From: Myxococcota bacterium
Lineage (GTDB): Bacteria > Myxococcota_A > UBA9160 > UBA4427
Length of the DNA stretch: 57,017 nt
Direction: 5' to 3'
NCBI GenBank assembly: GCA_036336835.1
Contig: JAYZFK010000071.1
Location: forward strand, 1-57,017
The stretch's first letter is position 1; each line of letters opens with the position of its first letter. Both the position numbers and the translations under genes were made by a program. Under the pieces are notes generated by a model that made no database searches, was not told the origin of the DNA, and was given only the letters and a program-made list of their open reading frames with translations. This document shows, one piece after another, positions 56,850-57,017 of the stretch.

Positions 56850-57017
56850 GTGAAGCCGAATCGACTCGCCTCCGGGGCTCGAACCGCCGTCGCTCTGGTC
56901 GCCGCTCTGGGTGCGATGAGCGCCGGCGCGGCGACCCGACGACCGAACGTGGTGGTTCTGCTCGCCGATGATCTCGGCTGGGCCGATGTCGGCTACCACG
57001 GCGGCGTGATCGAGACG
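56850..57017 (+). CDS. Arylsulfatase, 5' fragment (runs off the window)
   Basis: GTG start; MKPNRLASGARTAVALVAALGAMSAGA signal peptide, then RPNVVVLLADDLGWADVGYHG. Confidence 0.85.
   Translation, partial: MKPNRLASGARTAVALVAALGAMSAGAATRRPNVVVLLADDLGWADVGYHGGVIET

Noticed and set aside
1..57017. tRNA (including tRNA-Sec), rRNA, CRISPR array, transposase/integrase, sel genes
   Set aside because: None recognised by eye. Intergenic spaces are short and there are no regularly spaced repeats. A covariance-model search was not possible.

Overview
A GC-rich (roughly 70%), densely coding bacterial window with about 52 genes. No rRNA, tRNA, CRISPR array or mobile element is visible. It opens with a truncated monomeric isocitrate dehydrogenase and ends in a partial arylsulfatase. 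Most genes are lipid, steroid-like or aromatic catabolic enzymes: 3 cytochromes P450, 3 family III CoA-transferases, 2 Baeyer-Villiger-type monooxygenases, 5 SDRs, 3 amidohydrolases, 2 crotonases, an extradiol dioxygenase, 2 F420-type oxidoreductases, TauD and a sulfotransferase. There are also secreted or surface proteins (DUF3604, a PQQ-type sugar dehydrogenase, FG-GAP, TPR) and envelope-modifying enzymes (FAAL, ACP, two MBOATs, two GT-C glycosyltransferases). The main finding is a selenoprotein that the ORF track misses. The 97-aa ORF at 18996 reads through an in-frame TGA (19287-19289) in a U-G-S-C motif that is followed by a SECIS-like hairpin, giving 179 aa. It abuts an uncharacterised 359-aa partner inside an 8-gene acyl-CoA catabolic operon. 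Other highlights are a 55-bp operator+promoter module duplicated within the FAAL/ACP/MBOAT region, several probable leaderless genes, a frameshifted FG-GAP surface protein, and several enzymes with substituted catalytic residues. All assignments come from motif recognition by eye; no searches were run.
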